Below are positions 30,253 through 39,349 of a DNA stretch of 64,000 nt, piece by piece. The DNA is taken from positions 69,591 through 133,590 of the forward strand of contig JAEOTC010000121.1 of the NCBI GenBank assembly GCA_016840035.1, read 5' to 3'. Each line of letters opens with the position of its first letter. The stretch's first letter is position 1. The notes beneath the pieces are model-generated. The model saw only the letters and a list, made by a program, of their open reading frames with translations. It did no database searches and had not been told where the DNA came from. A program made the translations under genes and the position numbers. This DNA comes from Candidatus Hodarchaeota archaeon. GTDB lineage: Archaea > Asgardarchaeota > Heimdallarchaeia > Hodarchaeales > Hodarchaeaceae.

Positions 30253-31050
30253 TTATTTTTTTTTCCTCATCTTCATTTTAGAACCACCACCAGTTTCTGA
30301 AAACCTCTTCGGCATCGTTTTCCTGTGAAATAGAGTATTTATGACGAGTAATAGCACAATCCAGATAAATAAAATTAGTAAACAAATTTGGCTTGAAAAT
30401 AGATTACTTTGATCGACACTGCTTCTTAGGACTTCAGTTAAGGGTGTAAGTGGTGATAAAAAATAGATGAATGTTATGGAGGGATTAATATCTTTCAAAG
30501 GGATAAAAATTCCACCAATAAATAATAAAGGAAATTTCACTAGATTAATCATTACCATTATGTCTGATGTCATATCAGTGGGTCTAGCTGATATTAAAAG
30601 CCCTAATATGGAGCCGAGAATTGCCATCAATGAAATCCCAACAAAAATTATCAATACAGAGATCGGAGAAGAGATTAACGTGGGAAATAGAGTTATGAAT
30701 ATTATAACAATAGCTGAAGTAATTATGATGGAATAAGCGGAGGAAGCGGCAATAATTCCGAATAATATTTCATTCATAGAAAGTGGAGCGTTTAATAGTC
30801 GTTCTAAGGATTTTTCACGAGTTTCTATTGGTAAAATTACGGGACTAACCGAAGTAGAAGTAAAGAAAGAAGTCATAGCACAAATCCCTACAAAAATTTG
30901 ACTCAAAGAAAGAGATCTTCCGAGAATCCATGAAATTCCCAGAAAGAAAGGAAACATTAACCCAAAGATTAAAACGGGACCTCTCCTCACATATAAAGTT
31001 ATATTCTTTTTTGATAAAGTCACAACATTCCTCACATGATCATATCTCAT
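30253..31050 (-). CDS. ABC-2 type exporter permease
   Basis: Six TM helices, LERLLNAPLS, FIGGIFIPL, SPLT. Confidence 0.9.
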   Translation of the reverse strand: MRYDHVRNVVTLSKKNITLYVRRGPVLIFGLMFPFFLGISWILGRSLSLSQIFVGICAMTSFFTSTSVSPVILPIETREKSLERLLNAPLSMNEILFGIIAASSAYSIIITSAIVIIFITLFPTLISSPISVLIIFVGISLMAILGSILGLLISARPTDMTSDIMVMINLVKFPLLFIGGIFIPLKDINPSITFIYFLSPLTPLTEVLRSSVDQSNLFSSQICLLILFIWIVLLLVINTLFHRKTMPKRFSETGGGSKMKMRKKK

Positions 31051-32015
31051 ACGTCATCCCCCCTATAAGATTTGACATCATTCTCTATTAAGTGAATAAA
31101 CACTTCTTCCAACGAGGTTTCCGTTAAACGAAACGTTGAAATTTTTATTTCATGTTGCTTACTAAAATCATTAAGATTCGAAATATCTTCTAATGGATTA
31201 TTGCTAATAATGGAAAAACGATCTTTCTGTTCCTCTATCAAATTAAATCGGGATTCTAATTCAGTCTTTTGTTCCAAAGATAATTTGCCTTCGATAGTAA
31301 ACAGCAATGTTGATGTGGGTTTGAATTTTTTACGGAGATTATCTGGGCTTTCATCAGCAATAATCTTCCCTTGGTTCATGATAAATATCCTATCACAGAC
31401 TTGCTGAGCTTCTTGCATATTATGGGTGGTTATCAAAATAGTTTTTCCTTCCCTTTTAAACTCAAGGATCTGATCGCGTACAATCTTCGCGGAAGAGGGG
31501 TCTAATCCACTTGTCGGTTCGTCAAGAATCAGTATTGGAGGTTCGTGCAATAAGGCTAGACACAAATTTAAGCGTTGTTTGAGCCCTTTTGAAAGCGATT
31601 TTGTTTTAGAATGAATTTTATTCATTAATTCAAATCGCTCTAGCAATGTCATTATGCGTTTCTTTAATTCTGTCTGAGATATTCCATAAATAGAACCTGA
31701 AAATTTAAGATTCTGCCACACAGTAAAATCTGAATAAGCATTACTAACCTCTGGGACGATTCCAAAATTCCTTTTTGCCTCTTTGGAATTACTAGTAAAG
31801 TCTTTTGAATATATTTCCACTTTAGATGTGTTTTCTAATTGAAAAAGACCAGTTATTAATCGAATCGTGGTAGTTTTGCCCGCACCGTTTGGTCCCAAAA
31901 TTCCAACAATCTCTCCCTCATAAATTCTGAATGAAACATTGTTAACTGCTGTTAATTCGTCAAAATTTTGAGTTAAATTAAAAGTTTCTATTGCAATTTT
32001 CTTAGAAGAACTCAA
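31047..32015 (-). CDS. ABC transporter ATP-binding protein (DrrA-like)
   Basis: GPNGAGKTT, LSKGLKQR, LILDEPTSGLD, TTH. Confidence 0.95.
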   Translation of the reverse strand: MSSSKKIAIETFNLTQNFDELTAVNNVSFRIYEGEIVGILGPNGAGKTTTIRLITGLFQLENTSKVEIYSKDFTSNSKEAKRNFGIVPEVSNAYSDFTVWQNLKFSGSIYGISQTELKKRIMTLLERFELMNKIHSKTKSLSKGLKQRLNLCLALLHEPPILILDEPTSGLDPSSAKIVRDQILEFKREGKTILITTHNMQEAQQVCDRIFIMNQGKIIADESPDNLRKKFKPTSTLLFTIEGKLSLEQKTELESRFNLIEEQKDRFSIISNNPLEDISNLNDFSKQHEIKISTFRLTETSLEEVFIHLIENDVKSYRGDDV

Positions 32016-32129
32016 TAATAAATCTCCTCGATTGGTAGGCTATAGCTCCTTGACATTTTGCGTCTAACCTGATTCTTCTTTTTTAAATCATTCTTTGTAG
32101 GGAAAAATATAATATTCATTTTCACGGAA

Positions 32130-32690
32130 TTAACTAATGAACCTCCCTAATTCTTTAAATAATAAATTAAGAGTGTAATAATAAAGAATCTGTGTAACAA
32201 TAAACATCATACAAAGAGTTATTTGTTTTTTATGAATATTATTGAAATTCACTATACGAGATTGGCGAAAAATATAGATAATAAGTAAAGAATCACCTAA
32301 AATCAGAAGTAATAATACTAGAATAATGAAAAGAATGGTTAAGTTAATTTCACTTACAAGTAATCCAAAAATCAAGCTCATAAACATCATATACAAATTT
32401 ATTAGAAGAAGAATTATACTAAGTCCCAATATCAATGATTTCCAAAATGGTTTTAGGTTTAGAAGGAGATACATAAAAAAAGTCAAAGCTAAGCCACTAA
32501 AAAGGGCGTATAAAGGATCTACTTCATTTACAATCCATATAAGTGGAAAAATTACAAGAATTAATAATGGAATAATAATACGGAAATGCTTCTCAACCAA
32601 ATACCGCATTGTAAGATTCTCTAATTCCAAATTAAACCAACCAAGAAAAATTAGTGAAAGCTTAATAGATACATTCTTCAGAAGTCTCAA
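32130..32690 (-). CDS. Small membrane protein of unknown function
   Basis: About 5 hydrophobic segments; start uncertain (possibly the internal MRYLVEK). Confidence 0.6.
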   Translation of the reverse strand: MRLLKNVSIKLSLIFLGWFNLELENLTMRYLVEKHFRIIIPLLILVIFPLIWIVNEVDPLYALFSGLALTFFMYLLLNLKPFWKSLILGLSIILLLINLYMMFMSLIFGLLVSEINLTILFIILVLLLLILGDSLLIIYIFRQSRIVNFNNIHKKQITLCMMFIVTQILYYYTLNLLFKELGRFIS

Positions 32691-32785
32691 GTATAAGAAT
32701 CTATTCTCGAAATTCGATTAAAGAAGGGCATTCCCACTATTGTGTCAGGGAAAAAAGAGAGAAAAGAAGAATAGATTGAGGCAGA

Positions 32786-33820
32786 TTACTTAATCAGTCG
32801 TTTTCGATAAGTTATGAAAAGCATCAGAGAAACGAATATCATTAGATATTCAAATGTCGGAGAAATTGTCGCTTCTGTTTCTTCTTCTTCACTTTCAACA
32901 ATAATAGATACTGAATAAGTCGTGAATTGACCCTTTGTATTTGTGACCTTGATCTCGCATTCATAGTCGCTCTCTTCAGTGAGGATGAAATCTACACTAT
33001 ATGTTTCTGATTCCTCTGTTTCACTGGAAAAAGATAGGACATAAGCAAAACTATTCATGTCACTATCTTTAAGAGTCAAACTGACATCGTTTATTGTTAC
33101 ATCAGATTTCAATATCTCAACTTCAATTGTAATTTCTGTTCCAGATTCAATATATCGACTAGGAGAAACTTCGACATCTATGATTTCAGGTGCGTCAAGA
33201 ACTCGAATCCATTCTCCCCCTACCTCTGTTGAGAGACCGAGTTTATTTATTACTTCAATTTCTATCCAGAATTCTCCTAACTCATCAAAAAAAACATCAC
33301 ATTCGAAAATTTCACCTGTCCCAACTGTTCCTGTTTGAACCATTGGTTTTGGAATAGCGTACCCAAATGCATGTACCCATAGATTAACGGAGTCTATACC
33401 ATTTGAATCCCATACTTCGACTGTTACTTGTAGGGTTCCTCCAATCATTATGGAAGGATAACTTATACTTAGTTCATTAAGAACTGAAGGAGAACAGACT
33501 ATTATTATGATCCTTCCAGATGTTGATGGTCCATTTGTGTTTGTTATATCGACTTCGATAGTCCATGTTCCAGCATCTTCCAAATGAAGTTCAAAACCCC
33601 AATATTCTTCTTGACCCCAGTCTTCGGATTCGATAAGAGTCAGAGCATGAGGGGTACCATCTAAGTACGCCATCATGTCAACAGAAAGCGCATCAGCAAA
33701 ACCATACTTCCGAAATTCGACACCAATGTCAATCCAGTGGTTTGTAGCGTAAACAGACCCAGAACCAGGCCAAAAATTCATTATTTCAATTACATTAGGT
33801 TCTATACTGGAAAAATTCAA
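32786..33820 (-). CDS. Cell-surface protein with about 3 Ig-like domains and a PGF-CTERM-like anchor; signal peptide absent in the current frame
   Basis: Acidic beta-rich repeats; C-terminal SPTFE + TM helix + RKRLIK; the 5' end runs into a homopolymer. Confidence 0.75.
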   Translation of the reverse strand: MNFSSIEPNVIEIMNFWPGSGSVYATNHWIDIGVEFRKYGFADALSVDMMAYLDGTPHALTLIESEDWGQEEYWGFELHLEDAGTWTIEVDITNTNGPSTSGRIIIIVCSPSVLNELSISYPSIMIGGTLQVTVEVWDSNGIDSVNLWVHAFGYAIPKPMVQTGTVGTGEIFECDVFFDELGEFWIEIEVINKLGLSTEVGGEWIRVLDAPEIIDVEVSPSRYIESGTEITIEVEILKSDVTINDVSLTLKDSDMNSFAYVLSFSSETEESETYSVDFILTEESDYECEIKVTNTKGQFTTYSVSIIVESEEEETEATISPTFEYLMIFVSLMLFITYRKRLIK

Positions 33821-33824
33821 AAAT

Positions 33825-33841
33825 AAAAAAAAAAAAAAAAA
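33825..33841. repeat. A17/T17 homopolymer tract
   Basis: 17 consecutive A on the plus strand. Confidence 0.95.
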
Positions 33842-33880
33842 TTAAGTAGTCTCTTATCAAAGAAGCTACAGGGAATCAAG

Positions 33881-34639
33881 ATGGAGATTATTGCAACTCA
33901 TAGCTTTAGGGGAGGATCGGGAAAAAGCTTTTTAGCCTTAAATTTAGCAGCGGTATCTGCTCGGACTGGTTTAAAAACAGTAATAATGGATTGTGACTTT
34001 GGATCTCCTTCGTTTCAATCAAATCTTCCAACTGAAAATATACCGAAGAGTTTTGGGAACAGTTTTCTGTTAAATACGACTGAATATGATAAGATCCTTA
34101 CACCGACAAAAATAAGTAATCTTGATGCAATTTTTGCAGATCCTCGTCCAATCCTCGGACAAGGATTGCTTGAAGTGACAGAAAAACCACATTTACAGGC
34201 ACTTCAGCAATTTTCACTGTTACGAGAAAAATTAGAGAAAGAAGGTTATGAAAGACTTTTTCTTGATATATCACCGAATCTGTGTTATAGTAGTGCAAAT
34301 GCCTTGACGATTTCAGATTCAATTATACTTATCCATCGACCAGTAATTCATTCATTAGATATTACATTGCACGTCATCCAAACGATTTATTCTACCCTAA
34401 AAAGGTCATTAAAACCTAGAAATTTCTACTTAATCTACAATCAAGTACCACATGGCACGCCAGAGAAAATCGAAAAACTTCTCTCCAAGCTGACAACGGA
34501 GTTTAAAAAGAGTCTTGATATCAAAGTTTTAGGTACAATTTCTCTTGATCCTACTATGGACTTTTGGGATTCTCTTCTTATTATAGAGGGATCTGACCTT
34601 CTAGACACTATGAAACAGATGGTAGACAAGCTCCCCTAA
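33881..34639 (+). CDS. MinD/ParA family ATPase
   Basis: Deviant Walker A HSFRGGSGKS, MDCD, LDISP, NQVP. Confidence 0.88.
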   Translation: MEIIATHSFRGGSGKSFLALNLAAVSARTGLKTVIMDCDFGSPSFQSNLPTENIPKSFGNSFLLNTTEYDKILTPTKISNLDAIFADPRPILGQGLLEVTEKPHLQALQQFSLLREKLEKEGYERLFLDISPNLCYSSANALTISDSIILIHRPVIHSLDITLHVIQTIYSTLKRSLKPRNFYLIYNQVPHGTPEKIEKLLSKLTTEFKKSLDIKVLGTISLDPTMDFWDSLLIIEGSDLLDTMKQMVDKLP

Positions 34640-34646
34640 CTTGAAT

Positions 34647-35615
34647 TTATGCTTCGTATTTTTCTTGAAAGTATAAGAGTGCATCAGCTTTTTCGATGAA
34701 TTTAACTAAGGCTTCAACGTTTTTACTTGAAATATCTCGAGGAATCTGTTCCTCTAGCTTAGAGAAGCTTTCGTGAAATTTCTTTGCTCTAACCTTAACT
34801 TTCTGTACCTGAAGTAAATGTAAGAGGTCTTTATTTCTTGTGAGGTAGTATGCCTGAGGAAGGAAAAAAAAGAGTACACCAATGGAATCCGCATTAAAAC
34901 TTAATTTACCAGGAAGGACAACTCCAAGAAATACTAAAATGCATCCAATTAACCAGAAGAAATTGATGACGGTGAGGTTCCTCAAATTACTTTCGAATCT
35001 GCTTTTGTTGTTTAGGAGACGGGTTTGGCGACCGAGGATTTGTTGAGTTTGATTTTCTAACGAATTTTGGAGAACCTGTTGACTATGTTGTATGAACTCA
35101 ATTTCTAGTTTTATAGCTGTTCTGACTCTATTCAAGATAACAAACATGATTAGAATCGCAAATATGAGAACTAATCCAACAATTGCAGAATAAAGGAGAG
35201 AAAGATCCTGATGATACCCGAATTCTGGCATATAATAAATTTCCCATGGATTATATCCACCTATTATGATTACTATACCAGCCCCAGAAACGAGAAAGAA
35301 GAGATTTGAAATAAGGGAAACCTCTCTTGAAATTGTATGCCAATACTGGACATAAAAGATACCACCCACTTGTAACAGCAGTAGACTTCCTCCTAAGCAA
35401 ATTTCGGCCAAAATATCCTGCCCTTCTGTTAAAAAAGGTGTGATCCCGTATAATAACATACTGAAAGCCGTTATTCCCAAACCAATACCATAATAAGCCA
35501 TGATCTCTCTTCTACGATCGTTTTTATAGACTTGGAATCCTCTGAAGATTATATAGCTAATCACTAATGATCCAAGGATGGGAACTAAGGACCGTATAAG
35601 AAGATAAAGGTTCAG
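34647..35615 (-). CDS. 7TM membrane protein with a cytoplasmic coiled coil; likely CTG start
   Basis: The frame is open upstream of 35564; CTG at 35613-35615 follows GGAGAGAGGT and completes TM1. Confidence 0.65.
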   Translation of the reverse strand: MNLYLLIRSLVPILGSLVISYIIFRGFQVYKNDRRREIMAYYGIGLGITAFSMLLYGITPFLTEGQDILAEICLGGSLLLLQVGGIFYVQYWHTISREVSLISNLFFLVSGAGIVIIIGGYNPWEIYYMPEFGYHQDLSLLYSAIVGLVLIFAILIMFVILNRVRTAIKLEIEFIQHSQQVLQNSLENQTQQILGRQTRLLNNKSRFESNLRNLTVINFFWLIGCILVFLGVVLPGKLSFNADSIGVLFFFLPQAYYLTRNKDLLHLLQVQKVKVRAKKFHESFSKLEEQIPRDISSKNVEALVKFIEKADALLYFQEKYEA

Positions 35616-35809
35616 GTGTACCTCTCTCCGATTTATACTGAAGACACTTTATAGGAAATTCCTATTCTTATAAGCTTTCTAGTAGATATAATTCGAAAGT
35701 CAATGGTGAAAGGATCTAATGAAGATTTTATTCTAAATTTCCAATTTGTCGGTGATATCCCAATGTCATTCCTTCTCAAAAAGAACCGAAGTGACTAAAC
35801 ATTCGAAGA

Positions 35810-35827
35810 ATTGTCATTTTTGACAAT
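35810..35827. promoter_or_regulatory. Palindromic operator candidate
   Basis: ATTGTCA-TTTT-TGACAAT between divergent genes. Confidence 0.35.
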
Positions 35828-35924
35828 CTTTCTGCTTTATGACTATTATCCATCATATAGTGTATTAGTAATAATCGTTTGATAGAATTGAACATTCTAG
35901 TAATAAATGGATAGTTGAAGAATC

Positions 35925-36605
35925 GTGACGTATACGGGCGTTATTTCATCGAAGATGGATAAAGAACGCGAAGAGACTGAATTAAAAGATCTGAAAAGAT
36001 TGTTTGAGATGAAAGGAGAATTTTCAGAGGATATGATCCAAGAAACATGGAATTCTCTCAAGAAGATGCAAGAAGAATTAGAATTGCCTTCATTATATCC
36101 TATGAAGCAGCATTACTATTTCTATTTACGTCTGGAGGAAATCAAAAACGCACTAGCTCCCTTTCCTACTGATTTTCTACAATTAAATCAATTACATGTT
36201 GAAATAAATAGCTTACGTGACTTACTAGAGCTTCCCCCCACATCTTCCATCTCTGAAGTAATTACTCTAATACGAAAAAAATCATTGGATGAGTTAATGG
36301 CTTTAGAGATTGGGTCTGATTCGCTTCTCCTGAAAATTATGCTGCTCCAACTCTCCACAAAGAAGGCAAACTATGCAATTGATGAAAAGCCAGTCTTAGT
36401 TCATGAACTAGATAGAAAACTCTTGGAAATTTTAATCTCCTATGGTCCACTTACTCGTCCAGAATTAGTTGAGGTAACAGGGGTTGCTCGAAGTTCAATC
36501 TATGATAGTTTGCGTCGTTTACACTTGAAAGGGCTTATAACTCAATATTCTGGCAAAAGAACCACTGTAGGTCGACCTATGACCTTATTTGATGCTTTAA
36601 TCTAA
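35925..36605 (+). CDS. Protein with a C-terminal TrmB-like winged HTH
   Basis: GPLTRPELVEVTGVARSSIYDSLRRL...GRP. Confidence 0.75.
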   Translation: MTYTGVISSKMDKEREETELKDLKRLFEMKGEFSEDMIQETWNSLKKMQEELELPSLYPMKQHYYFYLRLEEIKNALAPFPTDFLQLNQLHVEINSLRDLLELPPTSSISEVITLIRKKSLDELMALEIGSDSLLLKIMLLQLSTKKANYAIDEKPVLVHELDRKLLEILISYGPLTRPELVEVTGVARSSIYDSLRRLHLKGLITQYSGKRTTVGRPMTLFDALI

Positions 36606-36713
36606 AAACATCTATCAAAGCTGAAGCTCTTACTAAGAATCGGCTTCTGGGACAAAGAATCTTAGACACACTGGGGAAGAAGTGTTTATACGAGGAAGGG
36701 TAATTGAAAACTC

Positions 36714-37283
36714 ATGCAAGCTGATTCATCATTAGAAGTCAATGATAAAGTTGTTTTTCCGAAAGAAGGCACCTGGTTCTACCGACTAATGCATCACACA
36801 GGTTCAGATCTTCCCAAATCGTATAAGTGGTTTAAACGATTAAACAAGGGATTTATGGTACCCCTATACAGATTACGAGTTTTACCCCTCTTCGGTATCG
36901 GGTGGATTATTCTCATGATAACAACTATTGGTCGTAAAACTGGAAAAAAACGATATACTCCCTTAGAATTTCATCGGATTAACGACGTTATTCACATCGC
37001 AGCTGGTATGGGAGAGAAAAGTGATTGGGTAAAGAATATTCGTGCTAATCCAGATAAGGTAAAATTTCAGGTGGGATTTAGGAGTTTTCATGCTGAAATT
37101 GAAATTATCGACTCTATTCCAGAGAAAGTTAAATATATCGAGTGGATGGTCACCAACATTCCACTAGAAGCTAAAACAGGGTTCGGTTGGGATTCTAAAA
37201 CTGATAAAATTGAAAATTCAGATTTTACCCCTCTTGCTGAATTCTTAACAGTTATTCGATTGCACAAACTAGTTAGCGATTAA
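36714..37283 (+). CDS. Deazaflavin (F420)-dependent nitroreductase family protein (Ddn-like)
   Basis: TTIGRKTGKKRYTPL and DWVKNIRANP. Confidence 0.85.
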   Translation: MQADSSLEVNDKVVFPKEGTWFYRLMHHTGSDLPKSYKWFKRLNKGFMVPLYRLRVLPLFGIGWIILMITTIGRKTGKKRYTPLEFHRINDVIHIAAGMGEKSDWVKNIRANPDKVKFQVGFRSFHAEIEIIDSIPEKVKYIEWMVTNIPLEAKTGFGWDSKTDKIENSDFTPLAEFLTVIRLHKLVSD

Positions 37284-37340
37284 GTAAAAAGAATTTAAAT
37301 TCGTGAAACCTGACAGATTACGAGATTATCCGAGTGAGGA

Positions 37341-37802
37341 ATGATGTCTAAACGGAGTTCACCACCTGAAGGTCGTGCAGGTATACCAGGATGGTTTGTT
37401 TTTCGGAGTGTGGATAATGTTGTACTATACTCACGGGTCTATTCTGCGATAGAGGGTACCTACTCTACAGAGAAAGCTACAGCAGTTAATGATATATTTA
37501 AAACTATTCTACATCTCCTTAAAACTAGTTTTTCGTGGATGTCTTCCTCTCAAATTGAATACCTCGCAATGGATAGGTATGATCTAAGTATCTTGAGGGG
37601 AAAGTATATTTTGCTTGTTTTTTTCATCCGTCGTGGTAGTTCAATTAAGGATATCTACAAAGTGCAGGAGAAAGTGCTTAAAATTATTGAAACAGATGCT
37701 GAGGGCCGTTTATCTTCACAAATCGCCGAACCTGAATTATTACGGGATGTTTGGATGAGTAGCGAGGAAAAGATCCGTCCATTTATTCATCATTCATTCT
37801 GA
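37341..37802 (+). CDS. Stand-alone longin/Roadblock-like domain protein
   Basis: bb-a-bbb-a pattern: WFVFR/VVLYSR, helix, IEYLAMDRYDLSILRGKYILLVFFI, helix. Confidence 0.55.
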   Translation: MMSKRSSPPEGRAGIPGWFVFRSVDNVVLYSRVYSAIEGTYSTEKATAVNDIFKTILHLLKTSFSWMSSSQIEYLAMDRYDLSILRGKYILLVFFIRRGSSIKDIYKVQEKVLKIIETDAEGRLSSQIAEPELLRDVWMSSEEKIRPFIHHSF

Positions 37803-37857
37803 ACAGAAATTGTCACAGTTGAAACCTTTTTAACTTTCTATCCTAATCACCTATTTT

Positions 37858-38331
37858 ATGGAATCTGATCAAATTGTACCAATGATTCTTAGAGGGATAA
37901 AAGGTAAAAACACCCACCTTCCTCCAGAAAAAGCATTAGAAGGATTAACGCCTGAAATTGCTCGTATGAGACCTCAAAATGACTATCATTCTTGCTGGGA
38001 GTTGCTTCATCATGCCGTTGTATGGCAAGAGGCCATATTTGAAGCGATACTAGGGAAAGATGTCGATTGGCAAGCGATAAGTGAAAAAGATAATTGGCCT
38101 GGGGAAGAATATCTAGCTGATGATTCTAATTTTGTTAACTTGATTGAAAAGTTTACACAAGGATTGAAAAAAGCTGAAGAGTTAGCTAAATCAATGGATC
38201 TTACTAAATCGATGCCTGCATGGGGTGATGCCCCCGTACTGCAAGCTTACTTTGTTTTACTTCAGCATAACTCTTATCATTTAGGACAAATTGTTGCTGT
38301 AAGGAAAATGCTGGGGATATGGTCATCATAA
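37858..38331 (+). CDS. DinB family protein
   Basis: HSCWELLHH and QHNSYHLGQI. Confidence 0.9.
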   Translation: MESDQIVPMILRGIKGKNTHLPPEKALEGLTPEIARMRPQNDYHSCWELLHHAVVWQEAIFEAILGKDVDWQAISEKDNWPGEEYLADDSNFVNLIEKFTQGLKKAEELAKSMDLTKSMPAWGDAPVLQAYFVLLQHNSYHLGQIVAVRKMLGIWSS

Positions 38332-38343
38332 GGTGTAATAGAA

Positions 38344-39144
38344 ATGGTAAAGGGAATAGGCCAAGATTTCATGAAGAAAACCAAATATCAATATATGGAT
38401 CCATCTGATCAAAACAAAGGAGTTCCTCAACCATCATTGGAAGCAGAATATGATATTACGGCTGACTTAATAGATTTAGTTGAACCTAGCCAAATTAATA
38501 TTCCGCAAATCCCTTTACGTACATGTATTGAATCAAGAATGAGCATTCGGAGCTATTCTACTGAAGCATTAAGTCTTGAGGAATTATCTTGGTTGTTGTG
38601 GAGTACACAAGGTGTACGAAATAAAGAGCTAGAACAAATCCGATCTTATTTTTCTGATGAGATGGAGATCGAGGAAATAAAGAAAGTTCTAAAGACAGTT
38701 ACTTTGCGTAATGTTCCCTCCGCTGGAGCTCGTCATGCATTTGAAACGTATCTGTTAGTAAATCGAGTGGATGGATTGGAACCTGGTTTATACCGTTATA
38801 TCGCTACCAGACATAAGCTACTAAAAATCCCTAAAGATCCAAATATTGCAAGTAAGATGAAGAAAGCAGCATATGACCAATCTATGGTTGTTAAGTGCGC
38901 TGTTACCTTCATCTGGGTTGCTACTACGTATCGAATGACATGGAGATACGGTGAGAGAGGATATCGATATTTACATCTTGATGCAGGCCATGTATGTCAA
39001 AACCTTTACCTCTCTGCAGAAAAAATAGCCTGTGGAGTTTGTGCGATCGCTGCCTTTCATGACGACGAATTTAATGAATTGTTAGATTTACTACCTGATA
39101 AACAATTTGTGATTTATTTGGCTACTGTGGGCAAGAAACGGTAA
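38344..39144 (+). CDS. SagB/ThcOx-family nitroreductase-fold dehydrogenase
   Basis: RMSIRSY, PSAGARH, RYGERGYRY, DAGHVCQN. Confidence 0.9.
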   Translation: MVKGIGQDFMKKTKYQYMDPSDQNKGVPQPSLEAEYDITADLIDLVEPSQINIPQIPLRTCIESRMSIRSYSTEALSLEELSWLLWSTQGVRNKELEQIRSYFSDEMEIEEIKKVLKTVTLRNVPSAGARHAFETYLLVNRVDGLEPGLYRYIATRHKLLKIPKDPNIASKMKKAAYDQSMVVKCAVTFIWVATTYRMTWRYGERGYRYLHLDAGHVCQNLYLSAEKIACGVCAIAAFHDDEFNELLDLLPDKQFVIYLATVGKKR

Positions 39145-39349
39145 AAAGTCGGTACTAAAACACAGATTCAGCAGTAACCTTTTAAACACATACCAAAATC
39201 GTTCCATAGGACATAAACCTAATTTTTAAAGTAGAAAAGGACGAACGGAACGATTAATTATCTTCTTTTTATAAAAAATTGTGACCATTAAGATAATTTT
39301 GCTTTTAAATAAGGATTAAGTTCGATTCGTAGCAAATTGAGTGTAAAAA

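Noticed and set aside
32326-32721. 131-aa plus-strand ORF and other short antisense or nested ORFs in the track (e.g. 13514..13882, 39666..39941, 44163..44618, 63184..63588)
   Set aside because: Shadow ORFs overlapping well-supported genes, with no motifs.
34647-35615. Rhodopsin or true GPCR assignment for the 7TM protein
   Set aside because: No TM7 Lys and no DRY/NPxxY motifs; only the topology is similar.
38344-39144. RiPP (TOMM) cluster around the SagB-like gene
   Set aside because: No YcaO, precursor peptide or transporter is adjacent; stand-alone SagB-like nitroreductases are common.
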